IMG/VR virus record: IMGVR_UViG_3300021599_001992
Span: 1 to 64,000 of that record
Direction: 5' to 3' (one strand)
Source of the DNA: a virus
DNA length: 64,000 nucleotides
Shown here piece by piece: positions 28,567 through 38,377 of the stretch. Below the pieces are notes generated by a model. That model did not search any database. It was given only the letters and a program-made list of their open reading frames with translations, and had not been told where the DNA came from. Position 1 is the stretch's first letter; each line of letters begins with the position of its first letter. Made by a program: the position numbers and the translations under genes.

Positions 28567-29681
28567 ATCACATTATATGGAGAAGGCATCGCTCTATACT
28601 TGAGAGCCTTGTTAAGATTTTCTGCTTCGTTTCCTTTTCTTTCAAGTATTTTTTCTGGACGAAGTCTTTCAAGTCTTGCCATTAATTCTTCAACTAATTT
28701 AGATCTTTCATCCTTAGCTTCGGTTAATAATGTACTGTAATCAAGTTTTACCGTACTATCAGGTACTTGTAAATCACCAGAGAATTTACCCCATATTCTT
28801 GCCAATCCTTCTTTAGAATATGCTATCAAATATTTTCTAACCCAATTTTGTGCTGGTTTATTTAAATCGTCCCAAGTTAATGGTTGGGTATCAACATCGG
28901 AAGGTAACTTTATAACATCTTTATTTTGATCTAAACAAGTGTCTCTATCAAAAGTATCATAGTACCAATACCAAACTCTATAATTGTTATTTTTAATTGA
29001 GCCGAAATCAAATCTACCACCGGGAACATTCATTAAATGCACTATTTTAGTTCCATCAGGTCCTGCGGTAATTCTATATGTTAAATCACCACCAATCATT
29101 CTGTTTTTTATGTTTCTGTCCTGCATCCTAAGTAACAAGTCAAATGCGGGAAGAAGAAAATACGAACCCGCAGATCCTGTTTGTGCAAAACCACCTACAC
29201 CACCAAATCCGACACCTCCTAATCCACCAAATCCACCAAGAAATGGATCGACAATCGAGTCTGTTAATTCTGCTCTATTATACCATAATAATTCATTAAG
29301 TTCTCTTCCTGCTGGTATCGTATATGTCTGTACCCCCCTTTCTAAAGTTATATAATCCTTTTTTAATTCCCACGGTCCATTCGCTTGTAATCCGACTATT
29401 TTAGAATAAGAATACGTGTATTGTGTTTCATAATCCAAACTTCTTGTTGTGAACGCTCTCGTAAGTGATTGGGTATCAACATCTAATCCCGCCAATGCCG
29501 ACCATTGAGACTCAATAAGCCAATCACTAACATATTGTTCATATTCGGATAATGATAACTCTAAAAAAGTATCCATTTGTTCCTCAGTTAATTCAATACC
29601 CCTTACTGGCATACCTAATAAATGGAAAACCTGTGTAAAAAGTTTATCTTTTTGTTCGGGTGTTATTATTGTTGTTGACAT
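28563..29681 (-). CDS. Neck / head-tail adaptor, T4 gp13-like
   Basis: LG.PV..IELTEEQ, WVRKY..A..KE.L..I.GKFSG..VP...V.LD...L..EA. Confidence 0.8.
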   Translation of the reverse strand: MSTTIITPEQKDKLFTQVFHLLGMPVRGIELTEEQMDTFLELSLSEYEQYVSDWLIESQWSALAGLDVDTQSLTRAFTTRSLDYETQYTYSYSKIVGLQANGPWELKKDYITLERGVQTYTIPAGRELNELLWYNRAELTDSIVDPFLGGFGGLGGVGFGGVGGFAQTGSAGSYFLLPAFDLLLRMQDRNIKNRMIGGDLTYRITAGPDGTKIVHLMNVPGGRFDFGSIKNNNYRVWYWYYDTFDRDTCLDQNKDVIKLPSDVDTQPLTWDDLNKPAQNWVRKYLIAYSKEGLARIWGKFSGDLQVPDSTVKLDYSTLLTEAKDERSKLVEELMARLERLRPEKILERKGNEAENLNKALKYRAMPSPYNVI

Positions 29682-29722
29682 AATTTTTTGTTATATTCTA
29701 ATAAATAGTTAATATTTGCATT

Positions 29723-30775
29723 ATGGATATTCTAACATCAAACATAAGAAAGTACCGATATGACTATTTTAAGGGTCTTTTATCTGGTGATTTTAAAAAA
29801 TTATATAAAGAAAGGTGTAATAAAGTTTTCGAAAAAAAAGGTAAGGAATTAGGAATTTGGGGATTTTGGAAAAAAAATAAAATGTGGGGTATTCTAAATT
29901 ATCAAAAACAAATACCTGTTTCTTGGTGTTGGAGAAATACTCCAAATACACATCCTTATTGTTTTCACGATTTTTATTATTTGTTTTATGATAGTACCGG
30001 TATAGAATTAGATTTTAATGACAAGAATAAGTGGGGAAAAAACTTAGATATTCTTTTTAGTTTTATCGAAAAAAATTTTCAACTTTATTTTACAACCGAT
30101 ATTGATACAAAATATTTTTATCATTTTTGGTTTAGATGTAATCAATCGTGGACTTCAGGTCAAATTACAATAATTGCCCTGATGTATAAAATCCGTAAAA
30201 TATTTGATGAATTCAAAATAATAGATATGGATTTTGCCTTAGAAAGAGGAGATCCAAATGATTTTAAAGGAATTGATGTTATTTTAACAATAGAAACTAA
30301 AGACATATATAAGAATAGAGAAAAAATTAAAATACAAGTAAAAGGTGGGAGAGTAATAAGTTATAATGAAGAGGGGTATTTGGTATCAGGTTCAGCTAAT
30401 GATTTAAAAGCGGATGTTAATTATTGGTGCTATATTGACATAAAAGATAAAAAGACAGAAATTGTTTTATTTCAAAATATAAATCGATATATAGAACGTA
30501 TTGGTTATAACATTTTATTTAAAAAAGAAATAATTCACCCAATAAAAATTGAAGAAAGTATTATGGTACCTGAAAAATTAGATGAGATTGCGAAATATTG
30601 TTATGATAAAAAAATATTAATTGAAATTGAACATTTACCACAAGGTGTAAATGAAGTTATATTACAAAAAGATCCCGAAAAAATCATTAATATAAAAATT
30701 GCCGATTTTAAAGATAAAAATCTTATAATTCTATTAACGAATAAATTCGATGAATTAAAGAAGTTCTTTAATTAA
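29723..30775 (+). CDS. PD-(D/E)xK nuclease-like protein
   Basis: D.KGIDVIL..KIQVKG (PD..QxK variant); oriented opposite to both neighbours. Confidence 0.5.
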   Translation: MDILTSNIRKYRYDYFKGLLSGDFKKLYKERCNKVFEKKGKELGIWGFWKKNKMWGILNYQKQIPVSWCWRNTPNTHPYCFHDFYYLFYDSTGIELDFNDKNKWGKNLDILFSFIEKNFQLYFTTDIDTKYFYHFWFRCNQSWTSGQITIIALMYKIRKIFDEFKIIDMDFALERGDPNDFKGIDVILTIETKDIYKNREKIKIQVKGGRVISYNEEGYLVSGSANDLKADVNYWCYIDIKDKKTEIVLFQNINRYIERIGYNILFKKEIIHPIKIEESIMVPEKLDEIAKYCYDKKILIEIEHLPQGVNEVILQKDPEKIINIKIADFKDKNLIILLTNKFDELKKFFN

Positions 30776-32497
30776 ATCCTTACTAAAAGTTTCGGAATAT
30801 TCACCATCACCCATAACTTGATCAATTATATTCTTTTTCTTTTGCAGAATATTATATATTATTTTTTCAATAGTATTTTCAAAAACAGGATAATATACAA
30901 GTACACTATTTTTTTGTCCGTATCTATATGCACGATCTTCCGCTTGACTATGATGTGCAGGAACAAATGACAAGTCATTCATAATCACAGTTTCGGCTGC
31001 AGTTAATGTTATCCCAACACCACCCGCAACAATATTTGATATGAATATTTTAATTTTATCTTCATTTTGAAACCTGTCTACAGATTCTTGTCTTCTTTCT
31101 TTAGTCATACGACCATCAAGGACCACAGATTGTTTTTTATATTTCTCGTGTAACATATCTAAAGTCATCGTAAAATTTGTAAACACAATTACTTTTTTAC
31201 CCTGTTCTAAACATCTATCAATTATTTCACATGTATAAGGAATTTTTTCATATGAAATTAATTGTCTTACTTTCATTAAACGATTTAATGTTACACTAAT
31301 AGTATCTGTTTCCTTATTTTCTTTACTGATTCTTGTAAATTCTTCGAGTTCTTCATCATACATTTTAGAATTTAGTTCAACAAATATTGGAGTTATAATT
31401 TTTTCAGGTAAATCAAGAATATCTGTTTTCATTCTACGAAGTACAATATTTTTAGTTCTTTCTCTTAACTCATCCAAATTACTTGCACCGCTTGTGTTCC
31501 AAACTTTTCTATTACCAACTCTAAATTGAAATCCCTTACAATATCTTTTAACATATGTTTGCCAATTAAGTGTTAAAGGTGAATCTACAATTTTAAGGAG
31601 ATTAAAATAATTAATCGGTCTCGATGTCATTGGAGTACCTGTAAGTAACCATACTTTTGGTATTTGATCTAAAACATCATTTAGTAATCTTGTTCTATTT
31701 GCCGTAGTATTTGAAATATAGTGTGCCTCATCTACAATTGCCAAATCAAAACCTTCATTAACCAATAATTTATAATCATCACTATCTTCACTTTTATCTG
31801 TTGTGTGATAATTCTTTAATATATCATAATTTATTATATAAAAATCAAAAGTGGATCCCCATTTACGACCCTCTACAATTAATGTTCTTCTATCGGTATA
31901 ATTTTCAATTTCTCTTTTCCAATTTATTTTTAATGATGCGGGACAGACAATTAATATTTTTTTTGCTCCACTTTCTAATGCACCGATAACAGCTGAAGTA
32001 GTTTTACCTAAACCCATATCATCCGCAAGAATAAATTTATCATTTGCTAATAATTTTTCAACTGCAGTTTTTTGATGATCCATGGGTGGTCTACTTCCAT
32101 ATTTAGAATAATCAATTACTCTATTTAATTTTTTTTCGGGTTGTACTACCGCCGCCTTCGGTAACCAAAATGCATTATTTTGTTCAGAATCTATAATCTT
32201 ACCCCATATGTGATACGCTTTTTCACTTTCACATAATAATTTTTCACACCATATTTTTGTTGGGGGTACAGGTAGTAATTTGTCTTCTTGAATTTTTTCT
32301 CCAAAAGTTGAGACTATCTCAATATATTTTCTTGCAATTTTAGGAACACTATCTTTATACTTTAAAACATATTCAGCTTGTGGACGAGTAAGTTTAAAAT
32401 TTTTTTGATCAATAAATTTTCTTTTCCAATCTAATAGTTGATTATTGGAACCATCGTAATTTGATAATAATTCTCTTGCCTCTATTTCAGGTATCAT
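30755..32497 (-). CDS. SNF2-family (HARP-like) helicase
   Basis: LADDMGLGKT, DEAH, LTGTP, G.GITLT.A, QAEDRAYRYGQ; start at MIPEIEA. Confidence 0.92.
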   Translation of the reverse strand: MIPEIEARELLSNYDGSNNQLLDWKRKFIDQKNFKLTRPQAEYVLKYKDSVPKIARKYIEIVSTFGEKIQEDKLLPVPPTKIWCEKLLCESEKAYHIWGKIIDSEQNNAFWLPKAAVVQPEKKLNRVIDYSKYGSRPPMDHQKTAVEKLLANDKFILADDMGLGKTTSAVIGALESGAKKILIVCPASLKINWKREIENYTDRRTLIVEGRKWGSTFDFYIINYDILKNYHTTDKSEDSDDYKLLVNEGFDLAIVDEAHYISNTTANRTRLLNDVLDQIPKVWLLTGTPMTSRPINYFNLLKIVDSPLTLNWQTYVKRYCKGFQFRVGNRKVWNTSGASNLDELRERTKNIVLRRMKTDILDLPEKIITPIFVELNSKMYDEELEEFTRISKENKETDTISVTLNRLMKVRQLISYEKIPYTCEIIDRCLEQGKKVIVFTNFTMTLDMLHEKYKKQSVVLDGRMTKERRQESVDRFQNEDKIKIFISNIVAGGVGITLTAAETVIMNDLSFVPAHHSQAEDRAYRYGQKNSVLVYYPVFENTIEKIIYNILQKKKNIIDQVMGDGEYSETFSKDLIKELL

Positions 32498-32550
32498 ATA
32501 TAAATTAAAATATAAATAATTAGAATCAAAGATTAAACTATTTATAAGGT

Positions 32551-33063
32551 ATGGACAACAAACTACCAATAACACGTTTAAGTAAGTTTTTTTCTCAAGA
32601 CGATTTTGACATTAATATTCAATTGGGTCAAGAATATCTTCATGGAGATTTAAACATGAAGGTTGTTTTGTATAGAATTGATAGAACAAGTACTGATACC
32701 GATTCGGTCTACGCTGAAGCGGGAAAAGATCAGAAAAAATTTTATCCTCCTATGGAAATCAATGCATTGGTTAAAATTGATGAACCAAAAAACTCATCAT
32801 ATAAAAATGGTTTGGTTAGATATAGTGAACCGGGTAATCTAACACTTTCAGTATATATAAGACATTTAGAGGAGTTAAAGGTTGATATAACATATGGTGA
32901 TTATATTGGATATGCTGATTCAGAAAATAAATTAAGATTTTATACTGTAACAAATGATGGTAAAGTCACATCTGATAATAAACATAAAATGTTTGGTTAT
33001 AAACCACATTACAGAACAATAACTTGTGTACCAACACAGGAAAACGAATTTAGAGGAGTTTAA
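32551..33063 (+). CDS. Head completion / neck protein, gp14-like
   Basis: VVLYRID...DSVYAE..F.PP.EI, GD.I..FY.V; genomic context. Confidence 0.6.
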   Translation: MDNKLPITRLSKFFSQDDFDINIQLGQEYLHGDLNMKVVLYRIDRTSTDTDSVYAEAGKDQKKFYPPMEINALVKIDEPKNSSYKNGLVRYSEPGNLTLSVYIRHLEELKVDITYGDYIGYADSENKLRFYTVTNDGKVTSDNKHKMFGYKPHYRTITCVPTQENEFRGV

Positions 33064-33065
33064 TC

Positions 33066-34319
33066 ATGGGTATACCTAAAAGAAAAAATAATATTGATGT
33101 ATACAGTAAAAGGGAACATCTAAGAGGTCAAGATATTGTTGACAGAAGACAAGAACTTTTAGATAGAATCACAAAATCCGATTCCTATTTACCCGACTCA
33201 ATTCTTCATGATGATTTGGATGGAGGAATGTTAGATTTTGTCAAGAAGAACTTTAAAATCGTTACAGACGGTGAATCAATCCCAATTATTCCAAAAATAT
33301 TAACAATTCAAAGATGGGGTGAATTTTCAAATAATTGGGAATTTTCAGATGAAGACGGTAATGTTAAAATACCGTTTATTGCAATTGTGAGAAAACCTGA
33401 TGTTCAACCAGGTACCAATCCTGTTACACAAAGAACAATTCCTGATAGAAGTACTTTTTATTATGCGTCAGTACCTACTTGGAATGGAACACAAATGGGT
33501 GCAGATATATATAAAATCCCGCAACCTGTTGCAGTTGATTTGTCATTTGATGTTACAATTGTTTGTAATAAGTTTAGAGATTTAAATAGATTTAATAAAA
33601 TAGTTTTACAGAAATTTTCTTCAAGACAAGCATACACATCAATTAAAGGTCATTACATACCTATTGTTTTAGATAAAATAGAAGATAACACACCAATGGA
33701 TACAATAGATGGTCGTAGATTTTACATCCAAAATTACACCTTTATTATGTTGGGTATTTTAATAGATTCTGAAGAATTTGAGGTAAAGCCGGCTATAAGT
33801 AGATTCTTTTTATTAAATGAATTTTTAAAAGGTGGTAATGTAGGTAAAAAAATAGTTAAGAGAGGATTATTTGAAACTAAAACCGCAACATTTGTGGCCG
33901 ATGGAATGCAAACACAATTCAGTGTTGGTGAGACAATTGGAATTTTATTTAATGTAACAATAAATGGTATAATACAAGAAAGAGATACAGATTACTTTCA
34001 TATTTCAAAAACATCTAAAATAACTTTTGATAACCCACCCCCTGATGGATCTTCAATTGTCATATCGTATTATGTAGGAAGTAAGGAAACTCTTGTTGAT
34101 GAATATGGTAAAATATTTAACGTTTCTACAGAATATTTTACATTTACAGGAAATAGAGAAATAAACGTTACGAATTACGTTAGTGACGTAATTTCTTTGG
34201 ATATAAACGGTTTATTAGAAGAAGAAGGATCAGGATTTGAAGTTTTAGGTGGAACAAAAATATCATTATTATTTAGTCCAGCGTTAAATTCAAGAATTGG
34301 TATAACGTACCTACACTAA
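33066..34319 (+). CDS. Tail terminator/completion protein, gp15-like, with C-terminal beta modules
   Basis: P.P.AVDLSFDVTI...LN motif; C-terminal ADG..T.F..NG..Q..DY..ITF..PP.G repeats. Confidence 0.6.
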   Translation: MGIPKRKNNIDVYSKREHLRGQDIVDRRQELLDRITKSDSYLPDSILHDDLDGGMLDFVKKNFKIVTDGESIPIIPKILTIQRWGEFSNNWEFSDEDGNVKIPFIAIVRKPDVQPGTNPVTQRTIPDRSTFYYASVPTWNGTQMGADIYKIPQPVAVDLSFDVTIVCNKFRDLNRFNKIVLQKFSSRQAYTSIKGHYIPIVLDKIEDNTPMDTIDGRRFYIQNYTFIMLGILIDSEEFEVKPAISRFFLLNEFLKGGNVGKKIVKRGLFETKTATFVADGMQTQFSVGETIGILFNVTINGIIQERDTDYFHISKTSKITFDNPPPDGSSIVISYYVGSKETLVDEYGKIFNVSTEYFTFTGNREINVTNYVSDVISLDINGLLEEEGSGFEVLGGTKISLLFSPALNSRIGITYLH

Positions 34320-34481
34320 TCATTCTCCATACAAATCCTTCTTTTTAGGTTTACAGTTATCTTCTATCAATTTTTCTAAAATCTTATGGATTTTTAACCC
34401 CAATTTATCACAATATTGTTTCAATAGTTCGTGATGTTTTTCACTTATTTTAACGTTTTTATAAACTGTTTTATTTGACAT
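34320..34481 (-). CDS. Ribbon-helix-helix DNA-binding protein, 53 aa (not in ORF track)
   Basis: MSNKTVYKNVKISEKHHELLKQYCDKLGLKIHKILEKLIEDNCKPKKKDLYGE; beta-helix-G-helix RHH pattern. Confidence 0.75.
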   Translation of the reverse strand: MSNKTVYKNVKISEKHHELLKQYCDKLGLKIHKILEKLIEDNCKPKKKDLYGE

Positions 34482-34497
34482 AGATAATTAAATATAT

Positions 34498-34565
34498 TTT
34501 TAGATAAATAAATATCTAAAATGAAAAAATCCCTGAAATCTTTGATAAAAACAAAGATATTTATT
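34498..34565. promoter_or_regulatory. Two inverted repeats plus late motif between the RHH and sheath genes
   Basis: TTTTAGATA-N6-TATCTAAAA (34498-34521); ATCTTTG-N7-CAAAGAT (34538-34558); TATTTATT (34558-34565). Confidence 0.55.
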
Positions 34566-34602
34566 AGAAAACTAATAAAATATTTTAACCAAACATTAAT
34601 CA

Positions 34603-37494
34603 ATGGCAAATTCTAACAAAGTATTCGTTTCTCCAGGTGTTTATACCTCTGAGAAAGACTTAACATTCGTAGCACAAAGTGTTGGTGTAACAACTTTAGG
34701 TATGGCAGGTGAAACTTTAAAGGGTCCCGCTTTCGAACCTATACTAATTACAAATTTTGATGAATTCAGAACATACTTCGGTTCCACTTCACCAGTGAAA
34801 GATGGGGCGGGTAATCCAAAATATGAATTACCATATTTTGCAAAATCTTATTTACAAGAATCAAATCAATTATTTGTAACAAGAATTCTTGGTTTAACAG
34901 GTTACAAACCATATAACACTTTTGGTATTGTTACACTTGGAGGTGTTAATCTTGGTTCATTAAGTGGTACAACATTAAATCTTGTAATGTCAGGTGACAC
35001 TTTGGCGAACATGACCGGAAGTACAATATATGCTGAATTATCAGGTAAAACTGCTTTTGACGGTACTTCAATAACTAATTACATTTTATCAAACTTTAGT
35101 GGTTTTACAACTGCCGATGATGGTAAATGGTTTGTAATGGGTGAAATACCATCTTCAGGACTTACAAGTTTAAGTTCAGTGAAAGAAGTAAACTCTCCTT
35201 TAACAAATAAAAATAATTCTAATAATAATAATGAAAAAGAATGGTATAACACATTCTACACAGAAACTACACCGGGTGATGATAGTACAATAGACGGTGT
35301 ATATTCCTATAAATTTGTATATTCAAGTGGTAATTCAAGATTTGATGTTACAAGATACAAATACAACGCAAGTTTGAATACAGATTATGATGATGTTGTA
35401 GTTGGTGCACTTAGATCAAGAGGTAGATATAGTGGACAAACTCTTATACATGAAGTTACTGGTTCTACTAAAGTTTCAATAAGTGGATCAACAATATTAA
35501 GAAATCCATTATCTGATTTTGTTTTACAAGTAACAGGATACACAGGTGGAGCAAAAGAATTTACATGTAATTTTGATCATACTTCCACAAAATTCATATC
35601 TAAGGTTTTAGGTACTGAGGTTTTCGATAAAGAATATGCGGACTTTCCTTTATATATTCATGAAAATTACAGTAAATTTTTGAAGGCAGCATATGATAGA
35701 GGTATAATTAGAGGTATTGATACTTCATTAGTTTATAATTCAGATGGTAATGATTTCTTAGGTGAATGGGACACACCATCATCACCAATGGTTGTTTCCG
35801 AAGTTCGTGGTGGTAAAGTTTCAGATCTTTTCCAAATCATGACCATATCTGATGGTGATACCGCTAATTTCCAATATAAAATAATGATTCAAAATGTTAA
35901 TTTAGAAACAGGAGAATTTGATTTATTGGTACGTGATTTTAATGATACAGATGATAATATAGTTGTATTAGAAAAATATTCAAGATGTTCAATGAATCCT
36001 GAGTTACCGGGTTATATTGGTAGAAAAATTGGTACGGCTGATGGTGAATATGAATTACGTTCAAAGTTAATTATGGTTTCTCTTGCCGATGAACATCCAA
36101 CGGACGCAATTCCTTGTGGATTTAAAGGATTCGGAGCAAATTCAGATTTCGCGTCATCAACTATTGGTACTGTAATGTATAAAACAGAATACTATGACGC
36201 TGGTGATATTATTCTATATGATGCTGACGGTACACCTGTAGTTGAAAGTGGTGATAAAGTAAGAAAAGTAAGTTTAGGTCTATCATCACAAACAGGATTC
36301 GATTCTGACTTATTTAAGTACAAAGGAGCAAGTGGTGATAATGAAACTTATGGTTTCCACTTATCAATAAACGCTTCGGGTATCACGGGTAACACACCTT
36401 CTGGTTATATGTTTAAAACAACCCCATATGATCTCGAAGGTCAAACGGGTACCAATAATAAATTAACTTCACTTTCATTCCGTAAGTTCACTTTTGGTGT
36501 GTTTGGTGGTAACGACGGTTGGGATATCTACAGAAATGTTAGAACAAATACCGATGGTTATATATTCGGAAAAACAACTTATATAAGTGGAAATACTGTT
36601 AATAGTGGTGTTTTTAGTACAAGTGTAGGAAATTCAGACTATTACGCATATTTGAAGGGTATTGAAACATTTTCAAATCCAGAAGCGGTTGATATAAATG
36701 TATTTACCACACCTGGTATTGATTTTTATAATCATAGTTCATTAATTAATCAGGCAATAGATATGGTAGAAACTGATAGAGCAGATTCTTTATACATAAT
36801 GAACGCACCTGGACCTGTATATACAACTGATGCTGAGGAAGTTGCAGGATTTCTTGATGGAATCGCAGTGGATTCTAACTACTCCGCAACCTATTGGCCT
36901 TGGATCCAAGTAAGAGATACAGATAATTCAACTCAACTTTATATTCCACCAACAGGTGAAGTTTTAAAGAACATTGCGTTAACCGATAATGTTTCTTATC
37001 CATGGTTCGCGGTGGCGGGTTATTCAAGAGGTCTTGTAAATGCAATCAAAGCAAATAAGAAATTAACACTTGATGAGAGAGATGAATTATATAAAAACAG
37101 AATTAACCCAATTGCAACCTTCTCTGATACAGGTACAATTATTTGGGGTAACAAAACCCTTCAAGTAAGAGAATCTGCTTTGGATAGAATTAACGTAAGA
37201 AGATTATTATTAAGAGCAAGAAAGTTAATATCTGCAGTTGCGATTAGACTATTGTTTGAACAAAATGACGAACAAGTTAGAAATGAATTCCTTAGATTGG
37301 TAAATCCAATTTTAGAATCAATAAAGAAAGAAAGAGGTTTAACCGAATTCCGTGTTACCGTATCTAATGATCCAGAGGATATAGATGCAAATACTTTAAG
37401 AGGTAAGATTTATATCAAACCAACACGTTCACTTGAATTTATTGACTTAGAATTCATTATAACACCAACCGGTGCTTCGTTTGAGAATATCTAA
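34603..37494 (+). CDS. gp18: Contractile tail sheath protein
   Basis: FVSPGVYTSE.D, KGPAFEP, PWFA.AG..RG, INPI.F..G..IWG.KTLQ..SALDRINVRRL. Confidence 0.95.
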   Translation: MANSNKVFVSPGVYTSEKDLTFVAQSVGVTTLGMAGETLKGPAFEPILITNFDEFRTYFGSTSPVKDGAGNPKYELPYFAKSYLQESNQLFVTRILGLTGYKPYNTFGIVTLGGVNLGSLSGTTLNLVMSGDTLANMTGSTIYAELSGKTAFDGTSITNYILSNFSGFTTADDGKWFVMGEIPSSGLTSLSSVKEVNSPLTNKNNSNNNNEKEWYNTFYTETTPGDDSTIDGVYSYKFVYSSGNSRFDVTRYKYNASLNTDYDDVVVGALRSRGRYSGQTLIHEVTGSTKVSISGSTILRNPLSDFVLQVTGYTGGAKEFTCNFDHTSTKFISKVLGTEVFDKEYADFPLYIHENYSKFLKAAYDRGIIRGIDTSLVYNSDGNDFLGEWDTPSSPMVVSEVRGGKVSDLFQIMTISDGDTANFQYKIMIQNVNLETGEFDLLVRDFNDTDDNIVVLEKYSRCSMNPELPGYIGRKIGTADGEYELRSKLIMVSLADEHPTDAIPCGFKGFGANSDFASSTIGTVMYKTEYYDAGDIILYDADGTPVVESGDKVRKVSLGLSSQTGFDSDLFKYKGASGDNETYGFHLSINASGITGNTPSGYMFKTTPYDLEGQTGTNNKLTSLSFRKFTFGVFGGNDGWDIYRNVRTNTDGYIFGKTTYISGNTVNSGVFSTSVGNSDYYAYLKGIETFSNPEAVDINVFTTPGIDFYNHSSLINQAIDMVETDRADSLYIMNAPGPVYTTDAEEVAGFLDGIAVDSNYSATYWPWIQVRDTDNSTQLYIPPTGEVLKNIALTDNVSYPWFAVAGYSRGLVNAIKANKKLTLDERDELYKNRINPIATFSDTGTIIWGNKTLQVRESALDRINVRRLLLRARKLISAVAIRLLFEQNDEQVRNEFLRLVNPILESIKKERGLTEFRVTVSNDPEDIDANTLRGKIYIKPTRSLEFIDLEFIITPTGASFENI

Positions 37495-37515
37495 TTGGTA
37501 AATAAATAAAAAAGG

Positions 37516-37546
37516 AAAAGGGGTGTGAAAACATCCCTTTTTTTTT
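37516..37546 (+). terminator. Rho-independent terminator after the sheath gene
   Basis: AAAAGGGGTGT-GAAA-ACATCCCTTTT followed by a T run. Confidence 0.85.
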
Positions 37547-37561
37547 GTTCCACATGGAACC
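37546..37561. other. parS-like palindrome
   Basis: TGTTCCACATGGAACC; 14/16 match to the perfect palindrome TGTTCCACGTGGAACA. Confidence 0.55.
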
Positions 37562-37795
37562 ATATTTTATAAAAATAATACTTTTATATTTTACCCAGAA
37601 TGCTGGAACCAGATATTCTGGTATTTATTATTAATAAAAAGAAAAATAATTAATTTACTGGTGCTATATACTGGATATGTTAAAAACTACGAAATTTTTT
37701 TGATAAAAACAATAGTTAACTAAAAATAAATTATTTTAATTTGAGATATATTTATAATAAACAAAATAAACCAAAAAAAGTAATACTAATACAAC

Positions 37796-38284
37796 ATGGC
37801 CGATTTATTAATGAAAATGCCGACACCCTATGAACCAAAAAGGGTAAACCGATTTATCTTAAGATTTCACTCTTCATTAGGTATAAATGAGTGGTATGTA
37901 ACATCCGCTTCAAGACCAAGTGCAAAAATTAATTCAGTAGCAATACCGTTTTTAAATACCTCAACTTATGTTGCCGGTAGATTTGAATGGAATGAAATAA
38001 AAGTAAAATTTAGAGACCCAATAGGACCTTCAGCATCACAGGCTTTAATGGAATGGTTTCGTTTACATGCGGAATCGGTAACAGGTCGTATGGGTTATGC
38101 TGCTGGCTATAAAAAAGATATTGATCTCGAGATGCTTGATCCAACAGGAGTAGTGGTAGAAAAATGGTTGTTACAACAGTGTTTCATCACCGACCTAAAC
38201 TTTGGTGAACTTGATTATTCAAGAGACGACTTAGCAAACATTGATTGTTCATTAAGAATGGATAGATGTATACTTATTTACTAA
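37796..38284 (+). CDS. gp19: Tail tube protein, gp19-like
   Basis: EPKR.NRF, YVAGR..W, EW.RLH.ES.TGR.GY..YKKD..L..LDP.G.VVE.W. Confidence 0.88.
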   Translation: MADLLMKMPTPYEPKRVNRFILRFHSSLGINEWYVTSASRPSAKINSVAIPFLNTSTYVAGRFEWNEIKVKFRDPIGPSASQALMEWFRLHAESVTGRMGYAAGYKKDIDLEMLDPTGVVVEKWLLQQCFITDLNFGELDYSRDDLANIDCSLRMDRCILIY

Positions 38285-38306
38285 CATAACACTAAACAAA
38301 ATACAG

Positions 38307-38332
38307 AAACCGGTTTTATACCGGTTTTTTTA
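38307..38332 (+). terminator. Terminator after the tail tube gene
   Basis: AAACCGGT-TTTAT-ACCGGTTT followed by a T run. Confidence 0.8.
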
Positions 38333-38377
38333 TTTGTAAAACTTTACTTTAAAATAGTTATAGTTTAAATTAACACT

